Shown here one piece after another: positions 9,401 to 18,962 of a stretch of 64,000 nt of DNA. The notes below the pieces were generated by a model, which was not told where the DNA came from, did no database searches, and saw nothing but the letters and a program-made list of their open reading frames with translations. Position 1 is the stretch's first letter. Each line of letters opens with the position of its first letter. Made by a program: the position numbers and the translations under genes. The stretch covers positions 6,296-70,295 of the forward strand of contig JACRDO010000118.1 of assembly GCA_016212885.1 (NCBI GenBank), in the 5' to 3' direction. Origin of the DNA: Elusimicrobiota bacterium. Its GTDB lineage: Bacteria > Elusimicrobiota > Elusimicrobia > UBA1565.

Positions 9401-10193
9401 GAAGCCCGCCGATGATGCGGACGAAGAAGCATGTCGTGATGTGCGGGTGGAGGCCGAGGCCCACCCAGGTATTGGCTTCCTGGACGAATCTTTCCAGGGC
9501 TTTGCGGTTGGCGACCCTGTCCTCTCGCGGCGACTTGACCGCAAGCTCCATGGCCCAGCCCCGGTGGTACGCCTTATGGACCGATCCGAAGCCCCCTTCG
9601 CCGAGCAGGCCTCTCACCTCATAAAGGCCCTCGATGATGGCCCCGGGGCTCCATGCCGGCGCCCGGCCCGCCTCGGCAGCCTGCGCTCCGGGGCCCAAAG
9701 TCAATGTCTCCTCGTCCCCGGGGCCCTTTGCCGCTTCCAGTTTAGCGTCAAAGTACGATGCGAGTGGAGATACGGCCTGCGCATCGCCCAAGGTCATGGT
9801 CTGGACGGATTTCCAGGCCATCAATTGCCTGAGCTGGGAGACATACATCCGCGCGGTCTCGAGATGCTTCTCATCTTTGGGCTCCGCGGCGGCGATATAT
9901 TCCTCGAAAGCCTTCAGGGCCCCGGAGTGCTCGCCCTTCGCCGTCAGGTGTTTCCCCAGGCTGTAGTGGGAGGGGGCATGTTTGGGATCCGCGGCCAAGG
10001 CTGAGCGCAGAGCCTCGATGGCCTCGTCCTTTCGCCCGAGCTTCTCCAGCGACTTGGCCAGATTGAAATGCGTTGCGGCTGATCGGGGATCTATGCGGAT
10101 CGCTTCGCGGAACTCCAGGACGGCGTCCTCGCAGCGGCCTTCTTTGTAGAACGCCGAGGCTTTCTGGAAATGCTCGCGGAAAGCGTCAGGCAT
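6429..10193 (-). CDS. Ser/Thr protein kinase with N- and C-terminal TPR units, a WD40 beta-propeller and a transmembrane segment
   Basis: Hanks kinase motifs: 'GEGGFGSVHKA', 'HRDLKPGNCLM', 'DFGLAK', 'GTPEYMAPE'. Followed by at least 7 WD40 blades ('LRLW', 'LKLWEL'…), a TM helix 'WIGAAAAAAAVILAFFGV' and a C-terminal Cys motif. Start overlaps the cyclase stop by 1 nt. Confidence 0.85.
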   Translation of the reverse strand: MPDAFREHFQKASAFYKEGRCEDAVLEFREAIRIDPRSAATHFNLAKSLEKLGRKDEAIEALRSALAADPKHAPSHYSLGKHLTAKGEHSGALKAFEEYIAAAEPKDEKHLETARMYVSQLRQLMAWKSVQTMTLGDAQAVSPLASYFDAKLEAAKGPGDEETLTLGPGAQAAEAGRAPAWSPGAIIEGLYEVRGLLGEGGFGSVHKAYHRGWAMELAVKSPREDRVANRKALERFVQEANTWVGLGLHPHITTCFFVRIIGGLPRIFIEYMEGGSLADWLKSRKVQDAKTALDAAIQIARAMEHAHSRGLVHRDLKPGNCLMTPGGTLKVTDFGLAKVGEEEEEAESAEELHKGAKIAKVREATMTGRLGTPEYMAPEQWRQAGKAAQAADIWAFGVILHEFALAGKPFGMNDGEPPDAFYARMLESGWALKMPAKLDADIREVIASCLSPEPVKRPKDFKLLQERLESAYRRLVGEAYPREAVKAVPLMADALNNQGVSMADLRRSEEALRLFEEALKIDPTHPGALYNRGMLLLGAGKMKAAELISRLAESRKSRPRDWIPGYLMGLAHLRGKDRGSAAKELDGALELSQKNPLIERARRKAEGGAFDDSIELFVAFPKGAESAKMEDSAFRTLMARAEQELALGRWDQACQTIAKARGVQGYEQSAQALELMHRLGHKGVRKGLRAAWRKLSLPGSGSALCACATPDGRHVLSGHEDKTLRLWHISTGALLWSLQAHEGPVSAVCAAANGKHAVSGGADGAVKLWELPSGKPVRSLKGLGGPVCSICTTPDGASALSGNSDKTLRLFDLWLGKQELSVEAHAGSVACVAASPDGALALSGGKDCSLCLWGLPGGGRIRALEGHSGAVLSACILPNGRHALSASADKTLKLWELSTGRCARTFEGHEGPVHGVCATPEGRFALSAGADGKPRLWDLAAGESVWTFEGPQGEASSVCLTPDARRAVFAGAEGVSVWELDWSYVFPAALDWDKEARPYVESFLAARRKTGMSPVEKGLGEEEFEALLEELGRRGFGWLKPEGVRRKLEAVGKEGWGEARPVPKYFWIGAAAAAAAVILAFFGVMRMKTSAAKEERAGSGKAAFAKPAPPEDGRKPAAPEPKSSLDMLQQGRQAIFRGESAAGDDSGEQKPPFIPAVEGKAPDNEAAKRRWGIGLAAFRNGDYERAREEWRLCRQLDPANMDCVKGLQEVNAAENKGLSPLSGGEGFSRGIGHKFQKLDLGNTLKQEKTENKKR

Positions 10194-11851
10194 TACCAGG
10201 GGGCCAAGTGCCAGACCTTCACCAGGCCGTGGCCCTTGATCTCGGCCTCGCCGCCGCTTTCGCAGCGGAACTCGGGGCCGAGGGCCTCTTTCGCCGCGTC
10301 TGAAAGGGCGATCCCGTTGGGGCGGGCCAGCTTCTCGATGCGCATGGCCTCTCCCACCGCGCCCCCTATGACGCCGTACTCAATGCGTCCTTTGAAGCCG
10401 AAGTTCCCCGCCGTCACCTCTCCGTACGCCAGGCCCGCGCGCAAAGCCATGGCGTACCATTCCTTGGGCGCGGTCCTCATCCGCCACTCGGATATGAGGT
10501 CGCGGCCTGCGCGCGCCGCCTGCGCCGCGGGGTTGGCGCGCTCCAGGGTCGACTCCTTGAAGGGGTGCGCGCCGAAAACCCCCAACGCCGAGTCGCCGAC
10601 GAACCTGTCCACGATCCCGCCGTGCCTGTGGATGCACTCAGCGGAAAGCCGGTAGAACTCGTTGAGGGCCCGCCCGAGCTCGGCCGGGGACCCTTTGTTC
10701 GCGAGGTCGCCGAAGCCCTGGATGTCCGCGCATAGGACCACCGCTTGGCGCTTGCTCAGGGCCAGGGCCGCGGGGTCTGCCCGGCATTCTTCGGCGATCT
10801 TCCAGGCCGCGTCCGAGTCGAAGTGCTCTTTGAGGTTCTCCTCGATCACCGCGAGCGCGTCCTGCTTCTCCGCCGCGAGCTGCAGAGCGGCCACCCCGGC
10901 CAGGGCGCCGGCCATGAAGAGGTCCTCCATCCCGAAGGACATGCCGTTGTCGCGGTTGTCCATGTAGAGGTAGCCGGCGGCGGAGTCGAGGCCCGCCAGA
11001 GGCAGCACCAGCCCGGAGCTGATGCCCTTGGCCGCCTGGCTCCTGGTGCGGTCCGCGATGACCGCCTCCAAGAGGTAATAGGAGCCCGGCTCGAGCTTGC
11101 GCAGGAGCCCGGAACTGAACTGGAAGTCGAAGACCTGTCCGAGGAACCGTTGGACCGCCATGCGCACGGAGATCTTCCCGCCCGAGCCTACGGCCAGGAT
11201 AGCCGCGACCCCGGCGCTCCGGATCTTCTGCTGGGCGCAGTTCAGGATCGCGAGCATGCGCTCATCCGCGCCCTGCGCCGCGATCATCTGCCGGAAGAGG
11301 CCTTCCATGTCCGCGAAGGCCCTCAGAAATCGCGGGTCCCCCGCGTCCAGCGTGCCCGACTTCCGAGCCCGGGGCTTCTCGAAGAGCTCGTCCGCGTTGA
11401 CGGAAGGTTCTTTAAGCTTCTCCACCTTCAGGCGCCAGGGGCCCAGGCCGATCTCGTCGCCCTCCGTCATGGGCTCGGGCTTCGAGATGCGCGAGCCGTT
11501 GAGCAGGGTCCCGGCTGCGCTCGGCTTGCGCGAGCCGGTCTCCGGGATGACCTGGAAGCTGCCGTCCCTGAGCAGGGGATTGCCGCCCTGCTCCACGATG
11601 TGGCAGTGCCAGCGGCTGACCCCCTTGGCGCGGGGCCCGGCGCTTGGGAAGACGAGCTGGCAGTTCAGGGCCCTTCCCAGGACGAAGGGGGACGCGTTCA
11701 CGGGGACCGACTTCTGGCCCGCCAGGCCCTCGCGCAGGACCCACTGGGAAGCCCCGGACTTCCAGAGGCAGGTGTAATCGGCGGGTAGGGCGAGCTGGAT
11801 ATTCAATTGAGCATTAGGGTCGGCCCGAGCCCGGATGGGCCGAAGACGCAT
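10193..11851 (-). CDS. FHA-domain / class III adenylate-guanylate cyclase
   Basis: N-terminal FHA hallmarks ('LGRALNCQLVF…SRWHCHI…LLNGSRI'). C-terminal CYCc block ('VVLCADIQGFGDL', 'FVGDSALGVFGA', 'GLAYGEVTAGNFG'). The middle GAF-like region is uncertain. Confidence 0.8.
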   Translation of the reverse strand: MRLRPIRARADPNAQLNIQLALPADYTCLWKSGASQWVLREGLAGQKSVPVNASPFVLGRALNCQLVFPSAGPRAKGVSRWHCHIVEQGGNPLLRDGSFQVIPETGSRKPSAAGTLLNGSRISKPEPMTEGDEIGLGPWRLKVEKLKEPSVNADELFEKPRARKSGTLDAGDPRFLRAFADMEGLFRQMIAAQGADERMLAILNCAQQKIRSAGVAAILAVGSGGKISVRMAVQRFLGQVFDFQFSSGLLRKLEPGSYYLLEAVIADRTRSQAAKGISSGLVLPLAGLDSAAGYLYMDNRDNGMSFGMEDLFMAGALAGVAALQLAAEKQDALAVIEENLKEHFDSDAAWKIAEECRADPAALALSKRQAVVLCADIQGFGDLANKGSPAELGRALNEFYRLSAECIHRHGGIVDRFVGDSALGVFGAHPFKESTLERANPAAQAARAGRDLISEWRMRTAPKEWYAMALRAGLAYGEVTAGNFGFKGRIEYGVIGGAVGEAMRIEKLARPNGIALSDAAKEALGPEFRCESGGEAEIKGHGLVKVWHLAPW

Positions 11852-11916
11852 CTGACGCTGGGATTATATGAAATCACCGCTGGGGAAGAATCAATGCTGC
11901 AGCGCCGAGGCCCTGC

Positions 11917-13557
11917 TCAAACGCTCTTGAACACCTGCGTGAGCTTCTTGGCGACGAGGTCCTGGTCCTGGATGGAGCCGGCCTGCCTTTCCACGATGGC
12001 CGCGAGGCCGAGCTCGTCCGCCAGTCCCGCCGGAGCCGTTCCCGCGCCGAGGATGAGCTTTAAGCCCTGGCTGCAGATGTTCAGGGCCGTTTCGCGCGCG
12101 TACACGCGGCTCATGGCCCTCCAGGCCTCGGCGTCGAACTTGACCGTCTCGCTGAAGCGCTCCTGGGCCGCGCTGCGGGCGAAGGCCGCGGCGGTCTCGG
12201 CCTGGGCGATGAGCTCGCCGATGCGCATGGTGACGTGCTGGTGCTGGGTCAGGCGCTGGGAGCGGCACTCCTGGAGGATGCGGCCCAAGGCCCTCAGGCC
12301 CAAGGCCGCGGCGTCCGCGCCCACGCAGGGGCAGGCGGCGTGGACCTGCTCGGCCTGGGCGGCCGCGTTCACGTAGTACTGCCCGCGCGATCTCAGATGC
12401 TCCTGCCAGCGGCCGCGGAAGATGGTCATCTCCATGATCTCGTTGGTGCCTTCGTAGATGCAGGTGATCTTCACGTCGCGCTTGATCTTCTCGACCTGGA
12501 AGTCCTTGGTGTAGCCGTAGCCGCCCAAGGCCTGGATCGAGTCCTCGGCGGCCTTGTTCCCGGCCTCGGTCGCCGCGAACTTCGCGATGGCGCCCTCGGT
12601 CTGCAGGCCGTGCTCCGTGCCGTCGAGGCGTTGAACGATCTCCTCGATGTAGGCGCGCGCGGCCTCGAGGCGGATGGCGTTGGGCACGATGAGCTTGAGC
12701 ATGTAACCCTGCTTCTCTGAGAGCGGCCCCCCGGACTGGATGCGCTGCTGGCTGTAGCGGATGGCGGTCTCGAGCGCCTCCCAGCCGGCGCCCAGCCCGA
12801 AGGCGGCGACCATCACGCGGGTGTAGCCGAAGACCGCCTGCGCCTGCCGCAGGCCCTGGCCCTCCTCCGTGCCGACGAGGCGGTCTACGGGCACGTAGAC
12901 CTCCTTCAGGTTGAGGCCGCAGGTGTCGCTCAAGCGGATGCCGTGCTTGTCCTCGTGGGGGTTGAGCGAGAATCCCTGGGCCCCCTTCTCGACGATGAAC
13001 CAGGAGGGGCCGCCGGGCGCGCGGGCGAGTATGAGGTAGACGTTCGCCACGCCGCCGTTGGAGATCCACTGCTTGTTGCCGCTGATCTTGTAGCCTGCGA
13101 CCTTGCCGCCCTCGAGCGCGTGCTCGGCCTTGGTGGTCAGGGCCACGAGGTCGCTGCCCGCGTTGGGCTCGGTCGCGCCGTAGGCCACGAGCAGGCGCTC
13201 CTCGGCGATGCGGCCCATCCAGAGCTTCTTCTGCTCCTCGGTCCCGCCCACCCGGATGGGATCCGTGCCGAGGAAGGTCGCGAAGACCGAGGTGGCGATG
13301 CCGAGGTCGATGTGGGCCAAGGCCTCGCAGACGCGGTAGATGTCGAAGGTGCTCCCGCCCAGGCCGCCGTACTCCTCGGGGATGAGCAGAAGGTGGATGC
13401 CCAGCACGTCCGGGTCGTACATCTCCTTGAGGACGTCGGCTGGGAACTCGTTGTCCCGGTCGAGCTTCCGGAGGTGTTCATAGGGCAGCTTCTTCTTGGC
13501 GTACTGCCTGAGGCTGTCGAGCACCTGGCTGCGGGATACGGCGTCGAGTCCTGGCAT
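11917..13557 (-). CDS. acyl-CoA dehydrogenase (long form with C-terminal extension)
   Basis: ACAD motifs: '[11 protein letters not shown]', '[14 protein letters not shown]', '[20 protein letters not shown]', 'IYEGTNEI'. Confidence 0.85.
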   Translation of the reverse strand: MPGLDAVSRSQVLDSLRQYAKKKLPYEHLRKLDRDNEFPADVLKEMYDPDVLGIHLLLIPEEYGGLGGSTFDIYRVCEALAHIDLGIATSVFATFLGTDPIRVGGTEEQKKLWMGRIAEERLLVAYGATEPNAGSDLVALTTKAEHALEGGKVAGYKISGNKQWISNGGVANVYLILARAPGGPSWFIVEKGAQGFSLNPHEDKHGIRLSDTCGLNLKEVYVPVDRLVGTEEGQGLRQAQAVFGYTRVMVAAFGLGAGWEALETAIRYSQQRIQSGGPLSEKQGYMLKLIVPNAIRLEAARAYIEEIVQRLDGTEHGLQTEGAIAKFAATEAGNKAAEDSIQALGGYGYTKDFQVEKIKRDVKITCIYEGTNEIMEMTIFRGRWQEHLRSRGQYYVNAAAQAEQVHAACPCVGADAAALGLRALGRILQECRSQRLTQHQHVTMRIGELIAQAETAAAFARSAAQERFSETVKFDAEAWRAMSRVYARETALNICSQGLKLILGAGTAPAGLADELGLAAIVERQAGSIQDQDLVAKKLTQVFKSV

Positions 13558-13604
13558 AGGGCAATCTCCCGTGCGAGAAGTACGCTATTCTAATAAATCC
13601 GCGC

Positions 13605-15149
13605 TCAGGGCGAAATAAGGGCTTGCGCGGCCCGCAGGATGATCGCGGTGGCCCGGGGGCCGATGGAGTTGGTCTCCTCGTAGTGGGTCCCCTGGGGCTT
13701 GGGGAGCATGAACCGGGTCCGCGCGGCCTGGAAATCGTACTCCGGGACGATGTAGCCCAGCTCGTCGTTGGCCGGCCCCACGATGAGGCCGTATTTCGAG
13801 CGGAGCTTCTGCCTGAGAAAGGGCCCCTTGGGCGCCTGGGCGAGCTTGGGCGGATTGGGGTTCGACGGCCTGATGAGCGGGCGGCCGAAAGCGTACTCGC
13901 CTCCGTAGCCTCCGATGGCCAACTCCGGGAAAAGCTCGCCCGGGATGCCAAGGATGGAGGCTTCGCCCAGCTTGATCAAGGACACCTCCGACTCGATCCA
14001 TGGCCGCAGGCGCTCGGGGAGCGGGAAGAACAGCAGGTGCCGAAGGGGCAATGTCCAGAGCCTGCGGCGGGGCAGTGGGCTCCCCTCTGCGTCGAACATT
14101 TTGTGGCCGAAGGCCATGGCGCGAAGGAACAGAAGATACCTGGAATTCTCCACCGGGACGCGCACGAGCATCGAGCGGAACAGGACTTTCCCGGCAGGGA
14201 GCTTCTCCCCTTTCTTCAGCGCCTTGAGCGCCGCGTCCGCCACGCTCTCTCCGATCCGGCGGGCCTCGTCGAACTGATCTTCCGACCGAGGGATAAGCCG
14301 AGGAAGTGCCGCCTCCGAGGTCTTGGGAGCGGCCAATCCGCCGGAGCGAAGCTTCTCCGGGCTCAGGAGCCCGCCGACCGCCCCTGAGAAGAACACGCAT
14401 GCCCCACCGGTCTCCTTTTCGACCTTGGAGCAGAGCGCGCCGGGATAGTCGGCGCTTACGGCCAGGTTCTTGGGTCCCATAACCTCCGGGTGGCAGGACC
14501 AGCGGATAATCGTCCCGATGGGGCCCTTCTTCGAGCGGAACTGCAGGGCCGGCAGCTCCGGGTCTATGACGATTGGATCGCGGGTGTCCCGGCAGAGCCC
14601 CTTCGGGTCGAGCTCGACGCGCGCGGCCACGAGGTCCGCCTCCTCGAGCCGCAAGGAGAGGGTCCGCACCAGCCCGGCGATTGCTTCCCGGACACGCCGG
14701 CGGTAGCGCGCGTCCGTCCCGTTGATCCCGGGCATGGGGCCCCAGAGACCGAGCATGTCCGGGGCGGAATGGTCGTGGGTGGCGGAGACGAAAAGGTAGC
14801 GGTCATTCCCCTGCCAGCCGAGGCCGGCCCGGATGGCCTCCACGTCGTCGCGGAAGATGCCGATGCCGTCGATCGCCACGAGCGCGGCGGTCCGCTCATT
14901 GTCCGAGACCACGACCGCGCGCGCGTAGAGGGGATCGTGGACCCCGCCCGCGCGCCGGCCCTTGGCCCCGTAGCCGGCGAGATAGATGCGCTCGCGCTCG
15001 AGGTCCGGGGTGATGTCCGCCTTGCCGGCCGCGGCGTAGAATGCGCGTTTCTTGGGTCGCTCGGCCGGGCCAAAAGCCTCTCCCCCATACACCCTGCAGG
15101 GGCCGATGGAAACAACGGCCAAGACAGCCGCCAAGCAAAGCGCAGGCAT
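13605..15149 (-). CDS. neutral/alkaline ceramidase-like hydrolase (secreted)
   Basis: Signal peptide. 'YGAKGRRAGGVHDPLYARAVVV…LVAIDGIGI…YLFVSATHDHSAPD' matches the neutral-ceramidase N-terminal catalytic block (G.G…ATHTHSGP). Confidence 0.6.
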   Translation of the reverse strand: MPALCLAAVLAVVSIGPCRVYGGEAFGPAERPKKRAFYAAAGKADITPDLERERIYLAGYGAKGRRAGGVHDPLYARAVVVSDNERTAALVAIDGIGIFRDDVEAIRAGLGWQGNDRYLFVSATHDHSAPDMLGLWGPMPGINGTDARYRRRVREAIAGLVRTLSLRLEEADLVAARVELDPKGLCRDTRDPIVIDPELPALQFRSKKGPIGTIIRWSCHPEVMGPKNLAVSADYPGALCSKVEKETGGACVFFSGAVGGLLSPEKLRSGGLAAPKTSEAALPRLIPRSEDQFDEARRIGESVADAALKALKKGEKLPAGKVLFRSMLVRVPVENSRYLLFLRAMAFGHKMFDAEGSPLPRRRLWTLPLRHLLFFPLPERLRPWIESEVSLIKLGEASILGIPGELFPELAIGGYGGEYAFGRPLIRPSNPNPPKLAQAPKGPFLRQKLRSKYGLIVGPANDELGYIVPEYDFQAARTRFMLPKPQGTHYEETNSIGPRATAIILRAAQALISP

Positions 15150-15164
15150 GCGCGTGGTTTTGCC

Positions 15165-15767
15165 TTAAAACCGGCAGCTCAGCCTGAGGCTCGGGAGAAA
15201 ATACTGAATCGGAGCGTCGTGTCTCTTCGTTAGGTTGTGGAAGCGAAAATCCAGGCCCACGAGGAACTTCTCCATGACAGGCATCTGGACCCCTCCGCCC
15301 AGGTTGAACCCGAACCAGTCGGCTTTCTCCACCGCCAACGGGCCCGGCTGAGCGTCATATGCATATGTCATCGTGCCTTCTTTTCTTGGGTTGTGGTAGT
15401 ATCCCATGCCGAAGACGGCATACGGCGTGATTCCGCCTTCGAGCGCCTTGCTCGCCCTGATGAACGGCGTGATTTGGCACACCGGGAGCTTGATGTCCGA
15501 GGTAAAGCCGTAGCCCCTGTTCTTCCCCTCCATCTTGTGCCCAAGGATGTAGCCCGCCTCCAGTCCAGCGGAGAGCATCTTGTGGAACTGGTATTCCGCC
15601 GAAGCCTGCAGGGCGAAGGAGTTCTTCATAAAGTCCTTGGTGAGCTCGGAGCCGATAATTGCGGCGTAGCCCGGATGCAAGCCAACCGTCCACTTCCCGG
15701 TCTCCGCGGCCAGCGACGGCATGGCAACACCGAGCATGACCGCGCCGGCTATAAATGCTTTTCGCAT
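15165..15767 (-). CDS. outer-membrane beta-barrel protein (OmpW/OmpA-like small barrel)
   Basis: Signal peptide 'MRKAFIAGAVMLGVAMPSLAA'. Alternating amphipathic strands. C-terminal aromatic residue (…RLSCRF). Confidence 0.65.
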   Translation of the reverse strand: MRKAFIAGAVMLGVAMPSLAAETGKWTVGLHPGYAAIIGSELTKDFMKNSFALQASAEYQFHKMLSAGLEAGYILGHKMEGKNRGYGFTSDIKLPVCQITPFIRASKALEGGITPYAVFGMGYYHNPRKEGTMTYAYDAQPGPLAVEKADWFGFNLGGGVQMPVMEKFLVGLDFRFHNLTKRHDAPIQYFLPSLRLSCRF

Positions 15768-15842
15768 ACTTTCCTCCTCTTGATTCGGATTGCGGCGCCA
15801 GGAGTCTGAAAAAATTCAGGGAAAGTCAAAAAAACCGCCAGA

Positions 15843-16190
15843 TCATTCCATGTCTTTCAGCATTATTTCTACCAAAGGCTTAACTTCAGGCACTCTTTTC
15901 TTTATCGTTTTCCATAATGTTTTGACATTAACTCCAAAGTATTCGTGGATCAACTTATCTCTCATACCTGCGATCCTTTTCCATGGAACGTCTGAATACC
16001 TACTTCTCATTCCTTCTGGAATATTCTTGACAGCCTCGCCTATAATCTCAAAGGACCTTGTTACCGCATAAATCGTCTTTTCGTCCAGGGCGAAATCATT
16101 GTAAGACAAACTCTCTGTGAACTTCTCAATCCTACCAAGCTCATCCACGATGTCCTTGACATAGTCAACATACACTCTTTTCCTAGACAT
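15843..16190 (-). CDS. hepT: HepT-family toxin (DUF86, RX4HXY motif)
   Basis: '[11 protein letters not shown]' is the R-x4-H-x-Y motif. Overlaps the upstream MntA gene. AT-rich (~40% GC) relative to the surrounding sequence. Confidence 0.75.
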   Translation of the reverse strand: MSRKRVYVDYVKDIVDELGRIEKFTESLSYNDFALDEKTIYAVTRSFEIIGEAVKNIPEGMRSRYSDVPWKRIAGMRDKLIHEYFGVNVKTLWKTIKKRVPEVKPLVEIMLKDME

Positions 16191-16482
16191 AAACGACCTC
16201 GCGCAATATATGCTCGCCTATTTTCGGCTTCAGGGTACATTTCATGACCAAATCAACCTTTGCATCCAAAATCCTGGAAAGATACTCCTCCAGTTCCAAG
16301 AACTCAAAAAAATCAATAGGCCCCTTGAACTCCACCAGAAGGTCAATGTCACTTCTTTTATTCTGGTCATTTCTAGCGAAGGAACCAAACACACCCATCT
16401 CTTTGACCTTGAACTTTTCTTCCAATTCCTTCTTGTACATTGATAATATGGCCTGGATTTTGCTCAAGCCTAACTTGTTCAT
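16183..16482 (-). CDS. mntA: MntA-type nucleotidyltransferase antitoxin
   Basis: '[23 protein letters not shown]' is a minimal nucleotidyltransferase GS…D.D motif. Sits in the AT-rich islet. Confidence 0.75.
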   Translation of the reverse strand: MNKLGLSKIQAILSMYKKELEEKFKVKEMGVFGSFARNDQNKRSDIDLLVEFKGPIDFFEFLELEEYLSRILDAKVDLVMKCTLKPKIGEHILREVVYV

Positions 16483-16601
16483 TTCATATTCTCCCATTCG
16501 TCCCTGTCATTGTAGAAAATAGGCAATTGCGCGGGTTTCGGATAGAATGCGCCCAAGGCCTCTGAGGCGGGCCCGCGTTCCAACGATTTTAGCCGCCGGC
16601 C

Positions 16602-16772
16602 TTACGCAGCGGAGATCGCCTTCTCGGGGCAGGCCGCTTCGCAGGCGGCGCAGTCGATGCACTTCTCAGCGTCGATCTTGAATTGCTTCTCGTCCTTGAT
16701 GATGGCTTCCGACGGGCAGGTGTCGAAGCATGTCCCGCAGGCGTTGCACTTGTCGCTGATGACATAAGCCAT
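16602..16772 (-). CDS. 2x[4Fe-4S] ferredoxin
   Basis: Two CxxCxxCxxxCP motifs ('CNACGTCFDTCP', 'CIDCAACEAACP'). Start taken at MAYVISDKC. Confidence 0.8.
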   Translation of the reverse strand: MAYVISDKCNACGTCFDTCPSEAIIKDEKQFKIDAEKCIDCAACEAACPEKAISAA

Positions 16773-16839
16773 GAACTCTTCCTCCAAAATCTCCGATTAC
16801 TTAGTATACAAAATCTCCCGTCGCGCTTGAATGCGGGCG

Positions 16840-17217
16840 CTACGCCCCCTTCTTCCTTATGACCACCGCGTAATGGAAGTCCGGGGTCTTCATCAGGCGC
16901 CCCATCTTGACCAGCTCTTCGCAGGCGAGCCGGTCGGTCTCGTCGTGCGGGGTGATGAGGCCGATGGTCCCTTCCTGGGCTTGGGTGTTCTCGAGCTCCT
17001 CGAGCATCCACTTCATCCGGTGGGTGATCTCGCCGTCCTGCGGGGGACGGCGGCCTTGGGCGATGTCCTCCCGCAGGCGGTCGTTGAACTCCTTGAGGCC
17101 GAGCCGCGCGATGTCCCGCTGGTACGGCTCGTCTCCCTCGATCCAATGCTTCAACGCCCATCCGCCGATCACGACGACCACCAGCATCAGCGTGAGGAAG
17201 AGCCAGAGCGAGCTCAT
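16840..17217 (-). CDS. hypothetical single-pass membrane protein
   Basis: Start at 'MSSLWLFLTLMLVVVVIGGWAL' (TM helix). No recognisable domain. Divergent from ettA. Confidence 0.4.
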   Translation of the reverse strand: MSSLWLFLTLMLVVVVIGGWALKHWIEGDEPYQRDIARLGLKEFNDRLREDIAQGRRPPQDGEITHRMKWMLEELENTQAQEGTIGLITPHDETDRLACEELVKMGRLMKTPDFHYAVVIRKKGA

Positions 17218-17270
17218 AGGCGGATTATGGCAGAGGCGGCGCCCCCGGTCAAGAAGATATAATTCCACCC

Positions 17271-18962
17271 ATGGCAACCACGGTAGACACGAAGCAGATC
17301 ATCTTCTCGATGGCGGGCGTCAGCCGCTTCTATCCGCCCAAGAAGCAGGTCATCAAGGACATCTATCTCTCCTTCTATTACGGCGCAAAGATCGGGGTCC
17401 TGGGCGACAACGGCAGCGGCAAGAGCACGCTCCTGCGCGTCATCGCGGGCAAGGACAAGGACTTCGCCGGGCAGGTCTCCTTCTCGAAGGGCTACACGGT
17501 CGGCATGCTGGACCAGGAGCCCCGGCTCGACGCGCAGAAGTCGGTGCGCGAGATCGTGGAGGAGGGCGCGGCGGAGACGATCAAGCTCCTGAAGGAATAC
17601 GAGGACGTCGGCTCGAAGATCACACAGAGCACGCCCCCGGAGGAGATGGAGAGGCTCCTGAACCGGCAGGGGACCCTGCAGGAGAAGATCGAGGCGGCCG
17701 GCGCCTGGGAGCTCGACAACAAGCTCGAGATCGCCATGGACGCCCTGCGCTGCCCTCCAGCGGACATGAAGGTCGGCCTGATCTCGGGCGGGGAGAAGCG
17801 CCGCGCGGCCCTCTGCCGCCTGCTTCTCGAGGAGCCGGACGTCCTGCTCTTAGACGAGCCCACCAACCACCTCGACGCGGAGTCCGTGGAGTGGCTGGAG
17901 GAGCACCTGCGCCGCTACAAGGGCACCATCATCGCGGTCACGCACGACCGCTACTTCCTCGACAACGTCGCGGGCTGGATCCTCGAGCTCGACCGCGGCG
18001 AAGGCATTCCTTGGAAGGGGAACTACGCCTCCTGGCTCGAGCAGAAGAACAGCCGGCTCGCCCGCGAGGCCAAGGCGGAGTCCCGCTACCAGAAGACCCT
18101 CGAGCGCGAGCTCGAGTGGGTGCGCATGGGGGTCAAGGGCCGCCAGGTCAAGAGCAAGGCGCGCCTCTCCGCTTACGAGATCATGCTCGAGGATGCCCCG
18201 GAGAAGCGCGAGTCGGAGCTCGAGATCTACATCCCGCCGGGGCCGCGCCTGGGCGAGTCGGTCATAGAGGCGAAGAGCCTCTCGAAATCCTACGGGGACA
18301 AGCTGCTCTTCGAGGGCCTGAGCTTCCGCCTGCCGCGCAACGGCATCGTCGGCATCATCGGCCCAAACGGCGCCGGCAAGACGACCCTCTTCAAGATCCT
18401 CACCGGCAAGGAGAAGCCGGATTCAGGCGAGATCCTCATCGGCGACTCGGTCAAGCTGAGCTATGTGGATCAGGACCGGGCCCAGCTCGACGAGGGCAAG
18501 AACGTCTGGGAGGCCATCACGGACGCCTTAGACCTGGTGAGCCTGGGCAAGCTCCAGGTCAACTCGCGCCACTACGTCTCGCGCTTCGGCTTCTCGGGCC
18601 AGGACCAGCAGAAGCCTGTCCAGGGGCTCTCGGGCGGCGAGCGCAACCGGCTCTACCTCGCCCGGATGCTCAGAGAATGCGGCAACATCCTGCTCTTAGA
18701 CGAGCCGACCAACGACCTCGACGTGCACACCATCCGCGCCCTGGAGGAGGCCATCGCGAACTTCGCGGGCTGCTGCGTCATCATCACCCACGACCGCTGG
18801 TTCCTAGACCGCCTCGCCACGCACATTCTCGCCTTCGAGGGAGAGAGCCAGGCGCGCTGGTTCGAGGGAAACTACTCTGCCTACGAGGAGGACCGCAAGC
18901 GCCGCCTGGGAGAGGACGCCGCGCGGCCCCGCCGCATCCACTACAAGAGCCTGACGAGATGA
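17271..18962 (+). CDS. ettA: energy-dependent translational throttle protein EttA (ABC-F ATPase)
   Basis: Two ABC cassettes (Walker A 'GDNGSGKST' and 'GPNGAGKTT'; signatures 'LSGGEKRR' and 'LSGGERNR'). The N-terminus 'IIFSMAGVSRFYPPKK' is typical of EttA. Confidence 0.9.
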   Translation: MATTVDTKQIIFSMAGVSRFYPPKKQVIKDIYLSFYYGAKIGVLGDNGSGKSTLLRVIAGKDKDFAGQVSFSKGYTVGMLDQEPRLDAQKSVREIVEEGAAETIKLLKEYEDVGSKITQSTPPEEMERLLNRQGTLQEKIEAAGAWELDNKLEIAMDALRCPPADMKVGLISGGEKRRAALCRLLLEEPDVLLLDEPTNHLDAESVEWLEEHLRRYKGTIIAVTHDRYFLDNVAGWILELDRGEGIPWKGNYASWLEQKNSRLAREAKAESRYQKTLERELEWVRMGVKGRQVKSKARLSAYEIMLEDAPEKRESELEIYIPPGPRLGESVIEAKSLSKSYGDKLLFEGLSFRLPRNGIVGIIGPNGAGKTTLFKILTGKEKPDSGEILIGDSVKLSYVDQDRAQLDEGKNVWEAITDALDLVSLGKLQVNSRHYVSRFGFSGQDQQKPVQGLSGGERNRLYLARMLRECGNILLLDEPTNDLDVHTIRALEEAIANFAGCCVIITHDRWFLDRLATHILAFEGESQARWFEGNYSAYEEDRKRRLGEDAARPRRIHYKSLTR

